Shown in pieces: positions 46,960-56,991 of a DNA stretch of 64,000 bases (the first letter of the stretch is position 1; each line of letters opens with the position of its first letter). Where the stretch lies: assembly GCF_044792175.1 (NCBI RefSeq), contig NZ_CP172866.1. One strand, given 5' to 3'. Origin of the DNA: Corallococcus coralloides (GTDB lineage Bacteria > Myxococcota > Myxococcia > Myxococcales > Myxococcaceae). The notes under the pieces were generated by a model. That model made no database searches. It saw only the letters and a list, made by a program, of their open reading frames with translations, and was not told the DNA's origin. Both the position numbers and the translations under genes were made by a program.

Positions 46960-47283
46960 ATGGCGAATACGATCATTGGCTCGAGCATCGTCATCGACGG
47001 AGAGATTTCCGGTGACGAGGACCTGGTCATCCAGGGCACCGTGAAGGGGAAGATCTCCCTCAAGGAGAGCCTCTACGTGGAGGGCTCCGGCGTCGTCGAG
47101 GCGGACATCGAGACGCAGAACGTGGAGATCGCCGGCCGCGTGACGGGCAACATCGCCGCCAGCGACAAGGTGGAGCTGAAGACGGACTGCCGCGTGGTGG
47201 GCGACATCAAGGCCCCGCGCATCCTCATCGCCGACGGTGCCTCCTTCAAGGGCAACGTCGACATGGACATGAAGGAGCGCTGA
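46960..47283 (+). CDS. bacO: bactofilin, BacO-like
   Basis: 107 aa with the same bactofilin repeat architecture. Confidence 0.85.
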   Translation: MANTIIGSSIVIDGEISGDEDLVIQGTVKGKISLKESLYVEGSGVVEADIETQNVEIAGRVTGNIAASDKVELKTDCRVVGDIKAPRILIADGASFKGNVDMDMKER

Positions 47284-47286
47284 TCC

Positions 47287-48006
47287 GTGGCGACCGCGAA
47301 GGATCTTGCAGGCAACGCCGTCGACAACACCGTGGTGGGGCCCTCCATCCTCATCAGCGGTCGGCTCACGGGTGACGAGGACCTCACGGTCCGCGGGCGC
47401 GTCGAGGGTGAGCTCACCCTCAGCCGCACCCTCATCGTGGAGCCGTCCGGCGTGGTGAAGGCCAACGTGGCGGTGAAGAACGCCATCGTGAGCGGCGTGG
47501 TGGTGGGCAACATCAACGCCACGGAGAGCGTGGAGCTCACCCGCGAGGGCCGCATGGTGGGCGACATCCGCGCCCCCCGCGTCATCATCGTGGACGGGGC
47601 CAGCTTCCGCGGCCGCGTGGACATGGGCGACGTGGAACCGGGCCGGCTGCCGTCCGAGCGCCCCGCCGTGGCCCGCCCCCAGGCGGTGACGCGCCCCACG
47701 GTGCGTCCGGGCGCCACCCCGCCGCGTCCTCCGACGCCGCCGGCCGCCCCGCCGCGCGCCGCTCCGACGCCGCCGCCCCCGCCTCCCGCGCGCACGCAGC
47801 CCGCGACGACGGCGCCGGCCACCGTCGTGGCGCGTCCGTCGGCCAAGCCGCTGCCGCCGCCCCCGCCGCCCGCCGCCACCACGACCCGGGCGCCGGAGCC
47901 TCCGCGTCCGGCCGCCACTGAGCAGGCGAGCAGTGCTGGCGCGCCCGTTCCCCGCGTGATGGGTGCTGGCGCGAAGAAGAAGGTCGTGGTGAAGAAGTCC
48001 CGTTAG
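47287..48006 (+). CDS. bacP: bactofilin with about 120-aa Pro-rich C-terminal tail, BacP-like
   Basis: Bactofilin core followed by [25 protein letters not shown]..., ending in [10 protein letters not shown]. Confidence 0.85.
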   Translation: MATAKDLAGNAVDNTVVGPSILISGRLTGDEDLTVRGRVEGELTLSRTLIVEPSGVVKANVAVKNAIVSGVVVGNINATESVELTREGRMVGDIRAPRVIIVDGASFRGRVDMGDVEPGRLPSERPAVARPQAVTRPTVRPGATPPRPPTPPAAPPRAAPTPPPPPPARTQPATTAPATVVARPSAKPLPPPPPPAATTTRAPEPPRPAATEQASSAGAPVPRVMGAGAKKKVVVKKSR

Positions 48007-48067
48007 AGCCCGCCCGCCGCGCCGTCGTTTCCGGCGGCGCGGGGGTGGAACAACCGGGGGTGCCACC

Positions 48068-49438
48068 ATGGACGCCGAGCACAGGGCCGAGGGACAGGAA
48101 GGGATGCCGGGCACACCTGGAGAGAACGCGACGCCGTCCCAGCAGGAGGGCGCGGCCGACGCGTCCGCGCCGAAGCATGGCGAGGGCGCGAGTGGAGACG
48201 TGACGCCGGAAGGGGCCGCCCGGGCCGAAGCGGCTGGGGCCCAGACCGGCCTGCCGGCGGAAGGTGGTCAGGTGACCGGAGCCAGCGGTGAGGGCAACGC
48301 GGCCTCGCACGGCACCGACGCCAGCGCCTCCGCCCACGGCACCGACGCGAGCGAGGGCAGCGCCTCCGCCCACGGAGCCGGCACGAGCGCGGCCGGTGGC
48401 GAGGGCAACGGATTGGATTCCAGCGAGGCACGCGACGCTGGCGCGGGGACGGATTCCAGCGCGGCCGGTGGTCAGGGCGCGCCGTCTTCGACCGGAGCGG
48501 ACGCGGCAGGGCAGGGCGAGGGCACCCGTGCGGACGCGGAGGCCTCCGCGGGCCCTGGCCGCTACGTGGAGCTGTCCTCGGGCGAGCGCGTCCAGGACGC
48601 CTCCGGCACGGGCAGCGACGGTGGCGGCGAGGCGAAGGACGTGCTGGCGGAGCCGCGCTCCGGTCCGGTGTCGGGCGCGGACGACGCGCTCTTGGGCGCC
48701 GGCATCTGGGACGTGGCGAGCCGGGCGAGCCAGGAGGACGCGGGCTCCGGCGAGGGGACGGAACAGGGCGCCAACGACGGCGCGGCGACTTCGGAAGGGG
48801 AGCCCCACGCGCAGGCCATCGAGCCGCGCGTGATGGGACAGGTGACGGCGATGGTGCTGCCGCTGGAGCGACTGGAGGAGGACACGACCTTCCGCCTGCG
48901 GGACGAGGGCGACGTGTCCGAGCTGGCCACGGACCTGGCGCGTCTGGGCCAACTGTTCCCGGTGGACGTGCGCCCGCGGGGCGAGGACCGCTACCAGCTC
49001 ATCTGCGGCTTCCGGCGCGTGGCGGCGCTGCGCTTCCTCAAGCGCGACCAGGTCCAGGTGCGCGTGCACGAGGAGCTGTCCGACGAGGACGCGCTCCTGT
49101 TGTCCCTGGCGGAGGCCATCCACGCCTCGCCGGTGGAGCACGACGTGCTGGAGGCCAAGCGCGAGTCGCTGGAAGCCGAAGGCCGGCTGACGGCGCCGGT
49201 TCGCGACATGCTGGAGAAGGCGCTCGCCACCGAGGAGACGCTGGCCCCGGAGGGCGTCGAGGAGGAGATCGACGCGGACGAGCTGGCGGTGGACGTCGCG
49301 CAGCGCATGGGCGCCCTCAACCAGGACCTGTCGCTGCTCGCGGACGTGTTCGCGGCGCTGGACGAATCGCGCAAGGCGGAGCTGCTGATGCAGTTGCGCT
49401 ACTCGGCGCAGTTGGTGGCGTACCTGGAGGGTCTGTAG
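48068..49438 (+). CDS. padC: ParB/Srx-like nuclease-fold protein with long acidic low-complexity N-terminus (PadC-like bactofilin adaptor)
   Basis: The C-terminal ParB-like box is [60 protein letters not shown]. The N-terminal 250 aa are G/A/S/D/E-rich with short repeats. Lies directly downstream of the three bactofilins. Confidence 0.75.
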   Translation: MDAEHRAEGQEGMPGTPGENATPSQQEGAADASAPKHGEGASGDVTPEGAARAEAAGAQTGLPAEGGQVTGASGEGNAASHGTDASASAHGTDASEGSASAHGAGTSAAGGEGNGLDSSEARDAGAGTDSSAAGGQGAPSSTGADAAGQGEGTRADAEASAGPGRYVELSSGERVQDASGTGSDGGGEAKDVLAEPRSGPVSGADDALLGAGIWDVASRASQEDAGSGEGTEQGANDGAATSEGEPHAQAIEPRVMGQVTAMVLPLERLEEDTTFRLRDEGDVSELATDLARLGQLFPVDVRPRGEDRYQLICGFRRVAALRFLKRDQVQVRVHEELSDEDALLLSLAEAIHASPVEHDVLEAKRESLEAEGRLTAPVRDMLEKALATEETLAPEGVEEEIDADELAVDVAQRMGALNQDLSLLADVFAALDESRKAELLMQLRYSAQLVAYLEGL

Positions 49439-49441
49439 GCC

Positions 49442-50017
49442 ATGGCGGAAACGCTCGAACGTGACCGCGCCCGGCTGCTGGAGGTGCTCACCCAGCGCTC
49501 CTTCGAGCGCCGGCGCGTGGTGCTCTCCTCCGGCAAGGAGTCGGACTTCTACATCGACTGCAAGCGCACGGCGCTGCTCGCCGAGGGCCACTACCTCATC
49601 GGCCGGCTGCTGCTGGAGGCCATCCGGCGCGACGCTCCGTCGGCGGTGGCCGCGGGCGGGCTGACGCTGGGCGCGGATCCGCTCGCGTCGGCGGTGAGCC
49701 TGACCAGCTTCCTGGAGGGCGGCGGCCAGAAGCCCCTGCACGCGTTCATCGTGCGCAAGGAGCCCAAGGGCCACGGCACCGGCCAGTGGATTGAAGGCCT
49801 GTCCGCGCTGGGCCCCGGCGCCCCGGTGGCCATCGTGGAGGACGTCGTCACGACGGGCGCGTCCACGCTCAAGGCCATCGAGCGCGCGAAGCTGGAGGGC
49901 CTGACGGTGCTGGGCGCCTTCGCGCTGGTGGACCGGCTGGAGGGCGGACGCGAGGCCGTGGAGTCCGCCGGCCACCGGCTCACCACGCTGTTCACACGCA
50001 AGGACTTCATCCCGTGA
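49442..50017 (+). CDS. pyrE: orotate phosphoribosyltransferase
   Basis: 191 aa with the type I PRTase PRPP-binding loop VAIVEDVVTTGAST. Confidence 0.85.
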   Translation: MAETLERDRARLLEVLTQRSFERRRVVLSSGKESDFYIDCKRTALLAEGHYLIGRLLLEAIRRDAPSAVAAGGLTLGADPLASAVSLTSFLEGGGQKPLHAFIVRKEPKGHGTGQWIEGLSALGPGAPVAIVEDVVTTGASTLKAIERAKLEGLTVLGAFALVDRLEGGREAVESAGHRLTTLFTRKDFIP

Positions 50018-50643
50018 GAAGGCTGCTGGTGGCCGCGGTGCTGCTGGGCGCGCTGGGCGGCTGCTCCACCGCGCCCCCCGTCGTCGGTGAGCCCGCGCCC
50101 ACGCTGGATGATCCGAAGCAGGAGTCGGCCTACCTCGCGGTGCTGGACAGGTACTCGGACCGCAAGGAGATCTACGACGGCTTCGACACGCGCGTCTTCG
50201 CGGGGACCACGTTCCAGACCCCCGCCTTCCGCGAGGCCCGCGTCCACCGCCGCGCCATCTTCCAGACGCTGCCCGCCGCGAAGGTGGAGCAGCTCCTGGA
50301 GGAAGAACAGGCCGACGCGGCGAAGTTCCACGAGTTCTTCCTGGCGGTGCACGTCAACGACTACCGCTACGACGACTTCGCCCACCGCAACAGCATCTGG
50401 CGGATCGCGCTGGTGACGCCCGCGGGCGAAATCACGCCCATGGAGATCCGCCGCCTGGGCCGGGCGGACCTCAACGTGCGCGCCTACTACCCCTACGCCA
50501 GCCTCTTCTGGGTGGGCTACCGCGTGCGCTTCCCGAAGACCTTCGCCAACGGCCAGCCCGTCATCCCCGAGGGCACCGAGCAGGTGATGCTCCGCGTCGC
50601 CTCGTCGCTGGGCAACGCGGCGCTGAAGGTCCACGCGCGCTGA
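50014..50643 (+). CDS. lipoprotein of unknown function
   Basis: GTGA overlap with pyrE. Signal peptide with lipobox LGGCST. Confidence 0.6.
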   Translation: MRRLLVAAVLLGALGGCSTAPPVVGEPAPTLDDPKQESAYLAVLDRYSDRKEIYDGFDTRVFAGTTFQTPAFREARVHRRAIFQTLPAAKVEQLLEEEQADAAKFHEFFLAVHVNDYRYDDFAHRNSIWRIALVTPAGEITPMEIRRLGRADLNVRAYYPYASLFWVGYRVRFPKTFANGQPVIPEGTEQVMLRVASSLGNAALKVHAR

Positions 50644-50668
50644 GCCCGAGGAGCCCGGCCGCGGGCCC

Positions 50669-51271
50669 TCAGGTCTGCTGGCCGTCCTTCAGCCACTTCG
50701 ACGTGAGCGGCATGGTCGGCCCCGCGAGCAGGCGGTCCAGGAGCGCGTCCGGCGAGGCGTTCACCGCGAAGGGCGTGCCCTGCGTCTCCGGGACGAAGCC
50801 CGCCTCCACCATCTGCTTCGCCATCGCGAGCAGCGGCTGGAAGAAGCCGTCCACGTCCAACAGGCCCATGGGCTTGCGGTGCAGGCCCAACTGCGCCCAG
50901 GTGATGATCTCGAAGAGCTCATCCAGCGTGCCGAAGCCGCCGGGCAGGGCGACGAAGGCGTCCGAGCGCTCGGCCATCAGCGCCTTGCGCGCGTGCATGG
51001 AGTCCACCCGGTGCAGCTCCGTCAGCCGCGGGTGGGCCAGCTCCTTCGCGTCCATGAAGTGGGGCAGCACGCCCACGGCCTTGCCGCCGTTGGCGATGAC
51101 GGCGTCCGCCACCGCGCCCATCAACCCCACGCTGGCGCCGCCGTAGACGAGCGTCAGGCCCCGCTTCGCCAGCGCGGCGCCCATCCTGGACGCGGCCTCG
51201 CGGTACTCGGCGCGCACGCCGGAGCGCGAGCCACAGAAGACGCAGACGCTGCGCACGGGGGTCTCAGCCAT
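50669..51271 (-). CDS. LOG-family cytokinin riboside 5'-monophosphate phosphoribohydrolase-like protein
   Basis: The 367-aa track ORF was trimmed to the ATG at 51269-51271, leaving 200 aa. Motifs VCVFCGS, GGxxGLMG and PGGFGTLDELFE are present. Confidence 0.85.
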   Translation of the reverse strand: MAETPVRSVCVFCGSRSGVRAEYREAASRMGAALAKRGLTLVYGGASVGLMGAVADAVIANGGKAVGVLPHFMDAKELAHPRLTELHRVDSMHARKALMAERSDAFVALPGGFGTLDELFEIITWAQLGLHRKPMGLLDVDGFFQPLLAMAKQMVEAGFVPETQGTPFAVNASPDALLDRLLAGPTMPLTSKWLKDGQQT

Positions 51272-51273
51272 CG

Positions 51274-52038
51274 TCAATGGCCTCCAAGGCGCCCGGGATG
51301 GGCGGCGACCACGGCCAGCGCCGCGGCGATGAACAGCAGGACGGGGATGGCGCGAGCGAAGAACTTCGGGCCCTGGCGCAGCGCCATGCCGCACGGCAGG
51401 CCGAAGACGAAGCCGCCCAGGTGCCCTGCCCAGCTCACGCCGGGCAGCAGGCTGATGACCGCCACCTGCAACAGCCAGAACATGTGCTCCTTGCGGCCCT
51501 GCTGGGTGAGGATGGGCAGCATCGCGCCGCCCCAGCCGAGGATCATCCCGGACGCGCCCACCGTCACGGTGTCGAAGTTGAAGAAGAGCGCGAACGCGGA
51601 GCCGCCCAGCGCGGTGACGAGCGACAGCCCCAGGAACCTCAGGCTCCCGATGCCGCGCTCCAGCGACGCGCCCAGCGAATACACCGCGAGCATGTTGAAG
51701 AGCAGGTGCATGGGGCCGCCGTGCTCGAACACCGTGCCCAGCAGGCGCCAGTACTCGCCCGCCTGGACCCACGGCCCGTAGAGCGCCAGCGGCCCCACGA
51801 TGCCGTAGTTCGTCCCGCCGATGACCAGCGGGCGGCCCAGGGACTGGCTGACGAAGAACATCCCCACCGCGCCCGCGATGATGGCGTAGCAGACGTAGGG
51901 CGTGGGCAGCACGCGCCGCGGCTGCGGCGGACCCGGCGGCGGACCGTTGCCGTCACCGGGGCGCGGCGCGCCGTCCTGCGTGTCTCCCAGCCCGGAGGGG
52001 CCGGGGAGGTCATCCAGCATGTTGCGGGGACGGGACAT
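51274..52038 (-). CDS. rhomboid-family intramembrane serine protease
   Basis: Six or seven TM segments with the catalytic GASG motif (GASGMILGWGG) and a downstream His (AGHLGGFVFG). Confidence 0.8.
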   Translation of the reverse strand: MSRPRNMLDDLPGPSGLGDTQDGAPRPGDGNGPPPGPPQPRRVLPTPYVCYAIIAGAVGMFFVSQSLGRPLVIGGTNYGIVGPLALYGPWVQAGEYWRLLGTVFEHGGPMHLLFNMLAVYSLGASLERGIGSLRFLGLSLVTALGGSAFALFFNFDTVTVGASGMILGWGGAMLPILTQQGRKEHMFWLLQVAVISLLPGVSWAGHLGGFVFGLPCGMALRQGPKFFARAIPVLLFIAAALAVVAAHPGRLGGH

Positions 52039-52044
52039 GGGTGC

Positions 52045-53631
52045 TCACAGCTCCCGGGAGAGGACGGTGTCGCGCGTGCCCTGGTGCTCGTCCGTGTGGG
52101 GGTAGTCCAGGGTGTAGTGCAGGCCCCGGCTCTCCTTGCGGCGGCTGGCGCAGTCCACGATGAGGTGCGCCACCTCCGCGATGTTGCGCAGCTCGATGAC
52201 GTCGCGGGTGACCTTGAAGCGCCAGTAGTAGTCGCGGATCTCCTCGCGCAGCAGCTCCAGCCGGCGCCTGGCGCGCATCAGCCGCTTGTCCGTGCGGACG
52301 ATGCCCACGTAGTTCCACATCAGCCGGCGGATCTCATCCCAGTTGTGGGTGACGACCACGCTCTCGTCGGAGTCCACCGCGCTGCCGGAGTCCCAGGCCG
52401 GCGGGTCCTCCTTCGGCAGCGTCAGCGACGCCAGCTCCTCCGACGCCACCTGCACCGCGCGGTGGCCGAAGACGAGGCCCTCCAGCAGCGAGTTGGACGC
52501 GAGCCGGTTGGCGCCGTGCAGGCCCGTGCAGGACACCTCTCCAATGGCGTAGAGGCCCGGGATGTTGGTGCGCCCGTGCAGGTCCGTCACCACGCCGCCG
52601 CACTGGTAGTGGGCCGCGGGCACCACGGGGATGGGCTGCACGGCCATGTCGATGTTGAAGGCCTTGCAGGTGGCGTAGATGTTCGGGAAGCGCTCGGTGA
52701 GGTACGCGCGGCCCAGGTGCGTCATGTCCAGGTAGACGCAGTCGTTGCCCGTGCGCTTGAGCTCCGCGTCGATGGCGCGCGCCACCACGTCGCGCGGGGC
52801 CAGGTCCTTCATGGGGTGGTAGCGGTCCATGAACGTCTGGCCGCCCTTGAGCCGCAGCTTGCCGCCCTCGCCGCGCAGCGCCTCGCTGATGAGGAAGCTC
52901 TTGGCCTCCGGGTGGAAGAGGCACGTGGGGTGGAACTGGTAGAACTCCATGTTCGCCACGCGCGCGCCCGCGCGGTACGCCATGGCCACGCCGTCGCCCG
53001 TGGCGACGTCCGGGTTGGACGTGTAGAGGTACACCTTGCCCGCGCCGCCCGTGGCCAGCACCGTCACCTTGGAGAGGAAGCGCTCGATGGAGCCGTCCTC
53101 CATCAGCGCGTACGCGCCCAGGCACCGGCTGCCGGCCGGCATGTGCGGACGCCGGTCCAGGATGAGGTCGATGGCGGCCGTGTTCTGGAAGAAGGTGATG
53201 TGGGGCTGCTCGTCGCACGCGGCCAGCAGCGCGCGCTGCACCTCGCGGCCGGTGATGTCTCCCGCGTGGATGATCCGGCGGGCGGAGTGGCCTCCCTCGC
53301 GCGTGAGGTCGAACTCGCCGCCGCGCTGATCGAACGCCGCGCCCAGCGCCACCAGCTCCTTGAGCCGCGCGGGGCCCTCCCGCACCGTCACCTCCACCGC
53401 GTCGCGGTGGCACAGGCCCGCGCCCGCGACGAGCGTGTCGTCGATGTGCGCGTCGAAGGTGTCCGTGGGGGACAGCACACCGGCGATGCCCCCCTGGGCG
53501 TAGGCGGTGTTGCCTTCACCGCGCTCGCGCTTGGTGAGCACGGCGACCGTGCCGTGCCGGGCCGCCTGCAGGGCGAACGACAGTCCGGCCACGCCGCCGC
53601 CCATGACCAGGAAATCAAACCGATGGGGCAT
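52045..53631 (-). CDS. nadB: L-aspartate oxidase
   Basis: Trimmed to the ATG at 53629-53631 (MPHRFDFLVMGGGVAGLS), leaving 528 aa. It has an FAD-binding Rossmann motif and succinate-dehydrogenase-like flavoprotein motifs. Confidence 0.9.
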   Translation of the reverse strand: MPHRFDFLVMGGGVAGLSFALQAARHGTVAVLTKRERGEGNTAYAQGGIAGVLSPTDTFDAHIDDTLVAGAGLCHRDAVEVTVREGPARLKELVALGAAFDQRGGEFDLTREGGHSARRIIHAGDITGREVQRALLAACDEQPHITFFQNTAAIDLILDRRPHMPAGSRCLGAYALMEDGSIERFLSKVTVLATGGAGKVYLYTSNPDVATGDGVAMAYRAGARVANMEFYQFHPTCLFHPEAKSFLISEALRGEGGKLRLKGGQTFMDRYHPMKDLAPRDVVARAIDAELKRTGNDCVYLDMTHLGRAYLTERFPNIYATCKAFNIDMAVQPIPVVPAAHYQCGGVVTDLHGRTNIPGLYAIGEVSCTGLHGANRLASNSLLEGLVFGHRAVQVASEELASLTLPKEDPPAWDSGSAVDSDESVVVTHNWDEIRRLMWNYVGIVRTDKRLMRARRRLELLREEIRDYYWRFKVTRDVIELRNIAEVAHLIVDCASRRKESRGLHYTLDYPHTDEHQGTRDTVLSREL

Positions 53632-53719
53632 GGCCAACAGGCTTAATGGCGGTAAGTGCTGGAAACAAGGCGTTTTCTTGAGGACTTTCCGGGCGTTGTC
53701 TAAGGTTTCGCCCGCCGCC

Positions 53720-54409
53720 ATGCGTGTCCTGCCCGCCCTCGTCGTCCTGCTGACCTGTGCCCTCCCGGCCGCCGCCGCGGACGGCATCTACAGCTACGTG
53801 GAGAAGGACGGCACCATCGTCTACACGAACGTGCCGCCTGGAGGCGCGCGCAAGGCCCGCAAGCTGTCCGGGACCTTCACGCCCGCGCCGGCCAAGTCCG
53901 CGCCCGTGCGGGGCCGCTCGCGGACGCCCGCGGAGCTGGATCCGCACATCACCAACGCGGCGCTGCGCTACCGCATCCCGCCCGCGCTGGTGCGCGCCAT
54001 CATGCACACGGAGAGCAACTTCAACCCGAACGCGCTCAGCCACAAGGGCGCCAGCGGGCTGATGCAGCTCATGCCGGGCACCGCGTCGGAGATGTACGTG
54101 AAGGACATCTTCGACTCGAAGGACAACATCGAGGGCGGCGTGCGCTACCTGCGCGTGCTGGCCAACATGTTCGACGGCGACATGGTGAAGATGGTCGCCG
54201 CGTACAACGCTGGCCCGGACGCGGTGAAGAAGTACGGAGGCCAGGTGCCGCCGTACGCCGAGACGCAGGAATACGTGCGCAAGGTCCTCCAGCTCTACCA
54301 ACACTACAAGGAGCGCGAGCGGCTCGCCCAGGCCGAGGCCAGCAGCCGTGAGCCCACACCCGAGAATGACGACGCGCACGAAGGGGACGAAGCCGCCGGG
54401 CCCCGCTGA
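53720..54409 (+). CDS. secreted lytic transglycosylase (SLT domain)
   Basis: Trimmed to the ATG at 53720. Has a signal peptide and an SLT catalytic region (AIMHTESNFNPNALSHKGASGLMQLMP with catalytic Glu in TES). Confidence 0.8.
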   Translation: MRVLPALVVLLTCALPAAAADGIYSYVEKDGTIVYTNVPPGGARKARKLSGTFTPAPAKSAPVRGRSRTPAELDPHITNAALRYRIPPALVRAIMHTESNFNPNALSHKGASGLMQLMPGTASEMYVKDIFDSKDNIEGGVRYLRVLANMFDGDMVKMVAAYNAGPDAVKKYGGQVPPYAETQEYVRKVLQLYQHYKERERLAQAEASSREPTPENDDAHEGDEAAGPR

Positions 54410-56111
54410 CGAGGAGTTCCTGCAGCAGCTCCAACGCGGGAGCGAGCTGCTGGGCGCCGGCAAGGTCACCGAAGCGAAGGACTTCCTGGAGCGTGCGCAC
54501 CAGCTCCAGCCGCGCCACGAGAAGGCCCAGAACCTCCTGGGCCTGACGTATTTCAAGCTGGGCCTCTTCGACCGCGCCGCCGACCTGTACGAGATGCTCG
54601 TGCGGGACAACCCGGTGGACCCCACGCTGCGGGTCAACCTGGGGCTCGTCTACCTGAAGACGAACGCGCTCCAGCGCGCGGCGCGCGAGTTCGAGACCGC
54701 CACCGACCTGGCGCCGGACCACAAGAAGGCCCACAACTACCTGGGGCTGACCTTCGCCCAGATGGGCGAGTACGGCCGCGCGCGCGAGCACTTCCTCCTG
54801 TCCGGCAGCGACGCCATGGCGGAGAAGATGTCGCGCGCCATCGCGGGCGAGGTCTACAGCCGTCCGCCCGCGGCCCCCGCGCCGGCCCGTCCGCGTGAGG
54901 AGGAGGACGAGACCGCCGTCGTCGTCGCGCCGCCCGCGCCCACGCCGGCTTCCGGTGAGAGCGACTGGGGGGCCCAGTTCGGTCTGGATGAGACGCCCCG
55001 CGCTCCTCGCGCCGCCGCGCCGCCCCAGGCCGCCGCGAAGGCACCGGAGGACGACCTGCTCTTCGCGGAGGACGAAGGCCCGCCGGCCCCCACGGATGAC
55101 CACGCGTTCACCTTGCCCGCCGCGACGCAGGTCCAGGAGGACGAGGACCCCAGCCTCGCCGCTGGCGCGAGCACCTTCGAGGATTCGGACGCGGAGCTCG
55201 CCGCCACCACGGACGCGGACACCTCCGGGGCCGACGTCGAGGTCGCCGACGAGCTGCCCCCCACGCCGGTGTCGGAGGAGATTGAAGTCTCCGAGGAGCC
55301 GCCCGTCCTCGCGTCCGACCTGGAGTCGACGCCCGGCGACGCCTTCGCGGAGACCTTCGCCGCGCTGGCCACGAGCGAGCCGCCCCCCACGACCCGGCCC
55401 TCCGCGCCGATTCCGGAGCCCCGGCCCTCCGCGCCGCCTTCCGCGCCTGACGCCGGCACGGGCGTGAACCCGCCCGTGCTCACCGCGTGGGTGCCCTCGG
55501 TGGCGCTGCCGGGCGCGGCGCCGGGCCAGCCCTTCACCCAGGGCGCGTCCGCCATGGCGCTCTCGGTGGAGGGCGAGCTGCTCACGCGCCTGGAGGGGCT
55601 GATCGCCGTGCGCGGCCAGGTCACCTTCGAGCCGGAGATGAAGCGCTTCCGGGGCCGGGCCACGGACAAGCCCTTTGGCGAGGGCGACCAGGCCATGGTG
55701 CGCGCCCGGGGGCAGGGGACGCTGCACCTGGAGCCCGTGTCCGGGCGCCAGTGGGTGGCGGTCTCCCTGGACGACGAGTCCGTCTACCTGCGCGACGCGT
55801 GCGTCTTCGCCTTCGAGGAGCCCGTCGTCTTCGAGAACGGCCGCGTGCCGTCGGACCTGGCCCAGGACCTGGACCTGGTGCACCTGCGCGGGCAGGGGCG
55901 GGTGCTGCTCAGCCTGACGGGCCCGCTGCGCTCGGTGCCGGTGGCCATGGACCAGCCTGTGACGGTGCCCCTCACGCACCTGGTGGGCTGGGTGGGCAAC
56001 CTCACGCCCCGCGTGGTGCCGCTCGTGACGACCGCTGGCGGGGAGACACTGAAGGCGGCGGTGGAGCTGGGCGGTGAAGGATTTGCCCTCATCGCACTCG
56101 GGGTCCGGTAG
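54348..56111 (+). CDS. TPR-repeat protein with acidic disordered linker and conserved C-terminal domain (possibly AIM24/DUF124-like)
   Basis: N-terminal TPRs are followed by a D/E/P/A-rich region of about 200 aa and then a C-terminal domain of about 200 aa. The start may be the ATG at 54366. Overlaps the SLT gene end. Confidence 0.55.
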   Translation: MSPHPRMTTRTKGTKPPGPADEEFLQQLQRGSELLGAGKVTEAKDFLERAHQLQPRHEKAQNLLGLTYFKLGLFDRAADLYEMLVRDNPVDPTLRVNLGLVYLKTNALQRAAREFETATDLAPDHKKAHNYLGLTFAQMGEYGRAREHFLLSGSDAMAEKMSRAIAGEVYSRPPAAPAPARPREEEDETAVVVAPPAPTPASGESDWGAQFGLDETPRAPRAAAPPQAAAKAPEDDLLFAEDEGPPAPTDDHAFTLPAATQVQEDEDPSLAAGASTFEDSDAELAATTDADTSGADVEVADELPPTPVSEEIEVSEEPPVLASDLESTPGDAFAETFAALATSEPPPTTRPSAPIPEPRPSAPPSAPDAGTGVNPPVLTAWVPSVALPGAAPGQPFTQGASAMALSVEGELLTRLEGLIAVRGQVTFEPEMKRFRGRATDKPFGEGDQAMVRARGQGTLHLEPVSGRQWVAVSLDDESVYLRDACVFAFEEPVVFENGRVPSDLAQDLDLVHLRGQGRVLLSLTGPLRSVPVAMDQPVTVPLTHLVGWVGNLTPRVVPLVTTAGGETLKAAVELGGEGFALIALGVR

Positions 56112-56122
56112 AACGCGCGCCC

Positions 56123-56812
56123 ATGGCCACCGAGCGAGCCCTCAGGAAGCAGCGCAAGCGCGAGGAGCGGGCCCGCCGCCGCGCGTCCCGCCGTCCCAGC
56201 ATCCTGGTGCAGGAGTTCTGGAACCTGCCCAACATGCTGACGCTGGGGCGCATCCTCCTCATCCCCGTGTTCGTCTGGCTCACCTACGACGCGGACCCCC
56301 TGCACTCGCTGCTGGCCGCGCTGGTGTTCGCCGTGGCCGCCATCACCGACGTCATCGACGGCTACCTGGCCCGCCGCTGGAACCTCATCACCGTGGTGGG
56401 CAAGTTCATGGATCCGCTGGCGGACAAGCTCATCGCCATGGCCGCCCTGGTGATGATGGTGCGCCTGGGCCGCATCGCCGCCTGGGTCGTCATCGTGCTG
56501 CTGGCCCGCGAGTTCATCGTCACCGGCCTGCGCACCATCGCCGCCAGCGAGGGCATGGTCATCGCCGCGGGGCAGGAGGGGAAGTGGAAGACGTCCCTCC
56601 AACTGGTGGGGATCATCTCCCTGTGCGTCCACTACGTGCACCCGCTGGACATGGGCTTCCGCGTCGTCACCGTGGACTACAACCAGGTGGGCAAGGTGCT
56701 GGTGTACCTGTCCGGCGCGTTCTCCGTGTGGAGCGCCGTCGTCTACTTCCGGGCGTTCCTCGGCATGCTCGCCCGGCGAGGCGGGGCGGATCCGGATGCG
56801 AAAAGTGTTTGA
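56123..56812 (+). CDS. pgsA: CDP-alcohol phosphatidyltransferase (phosphatidylglycerophosphate synthase-like)
   Basis: CDP-OH transferase motif DVIDGYLARRWNLITVVGKFMDPLADKL and multiple TM helices. Confidence 0.8.
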   Translation: MATERALRKQRKREERARRRASRRPSILVQEFWNLPNMLTLGRILLIPVFVWLTYDADPLHSLLAALVFAVAAITDVIDGYLARRWNLITVVGKFMDPLADKLIAMAALVMMVRLGRIAAWVVIVLLAREFIVTGLRTIAASEGMVIAAGQEGKWKTSLQLVGIISLCVHYVHPLDMGFRVVTVDYNQVGKVLVYLSGAFSVWSAVVYFRAFLGMLARRGGADPDAKSV

Positions 56813-56886
56813 CGTGCCTGGGAGGCCTCTGTATATCCCGCCCCACTTCCGGGGCGGCACTGACCGGGCAGCACGCGGTACCTGAT

Positions 56887-56961
56887 GCGGGAATAGCTCA
56901 GCGGTAGAGCATCGCCTTGCCAAGGCGAGGGTCGAGGGTTCAAATCCCTTTTCCCGCTCCA
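56887..56961 (+). tRNA. tRNA-Gly (anticodon GCC)
   Basis: GCGGGAATAGCTCAGCGGTAGAGCATCGCCTTGCCAAGGCGAGGGTCGAGGGTTCAAATCCCTTTTCCCGCTCCA. The acceptor stem GCGGGAA pairs with TTCCCGC, the anticodon loop is TTGCCAA, and CCA is encoded. Confidence 0.9.
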
Positions 56962-56991
56962 ATCGAAGCACGCAGCACCGCAGTACCTGAT

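Noticed and set aside
47585-49975. 796-aa minus-strand ORF across bacP/padC/pyrE
   Set aside because: Crosses three well-supported + strand genes. Shadow ORF.
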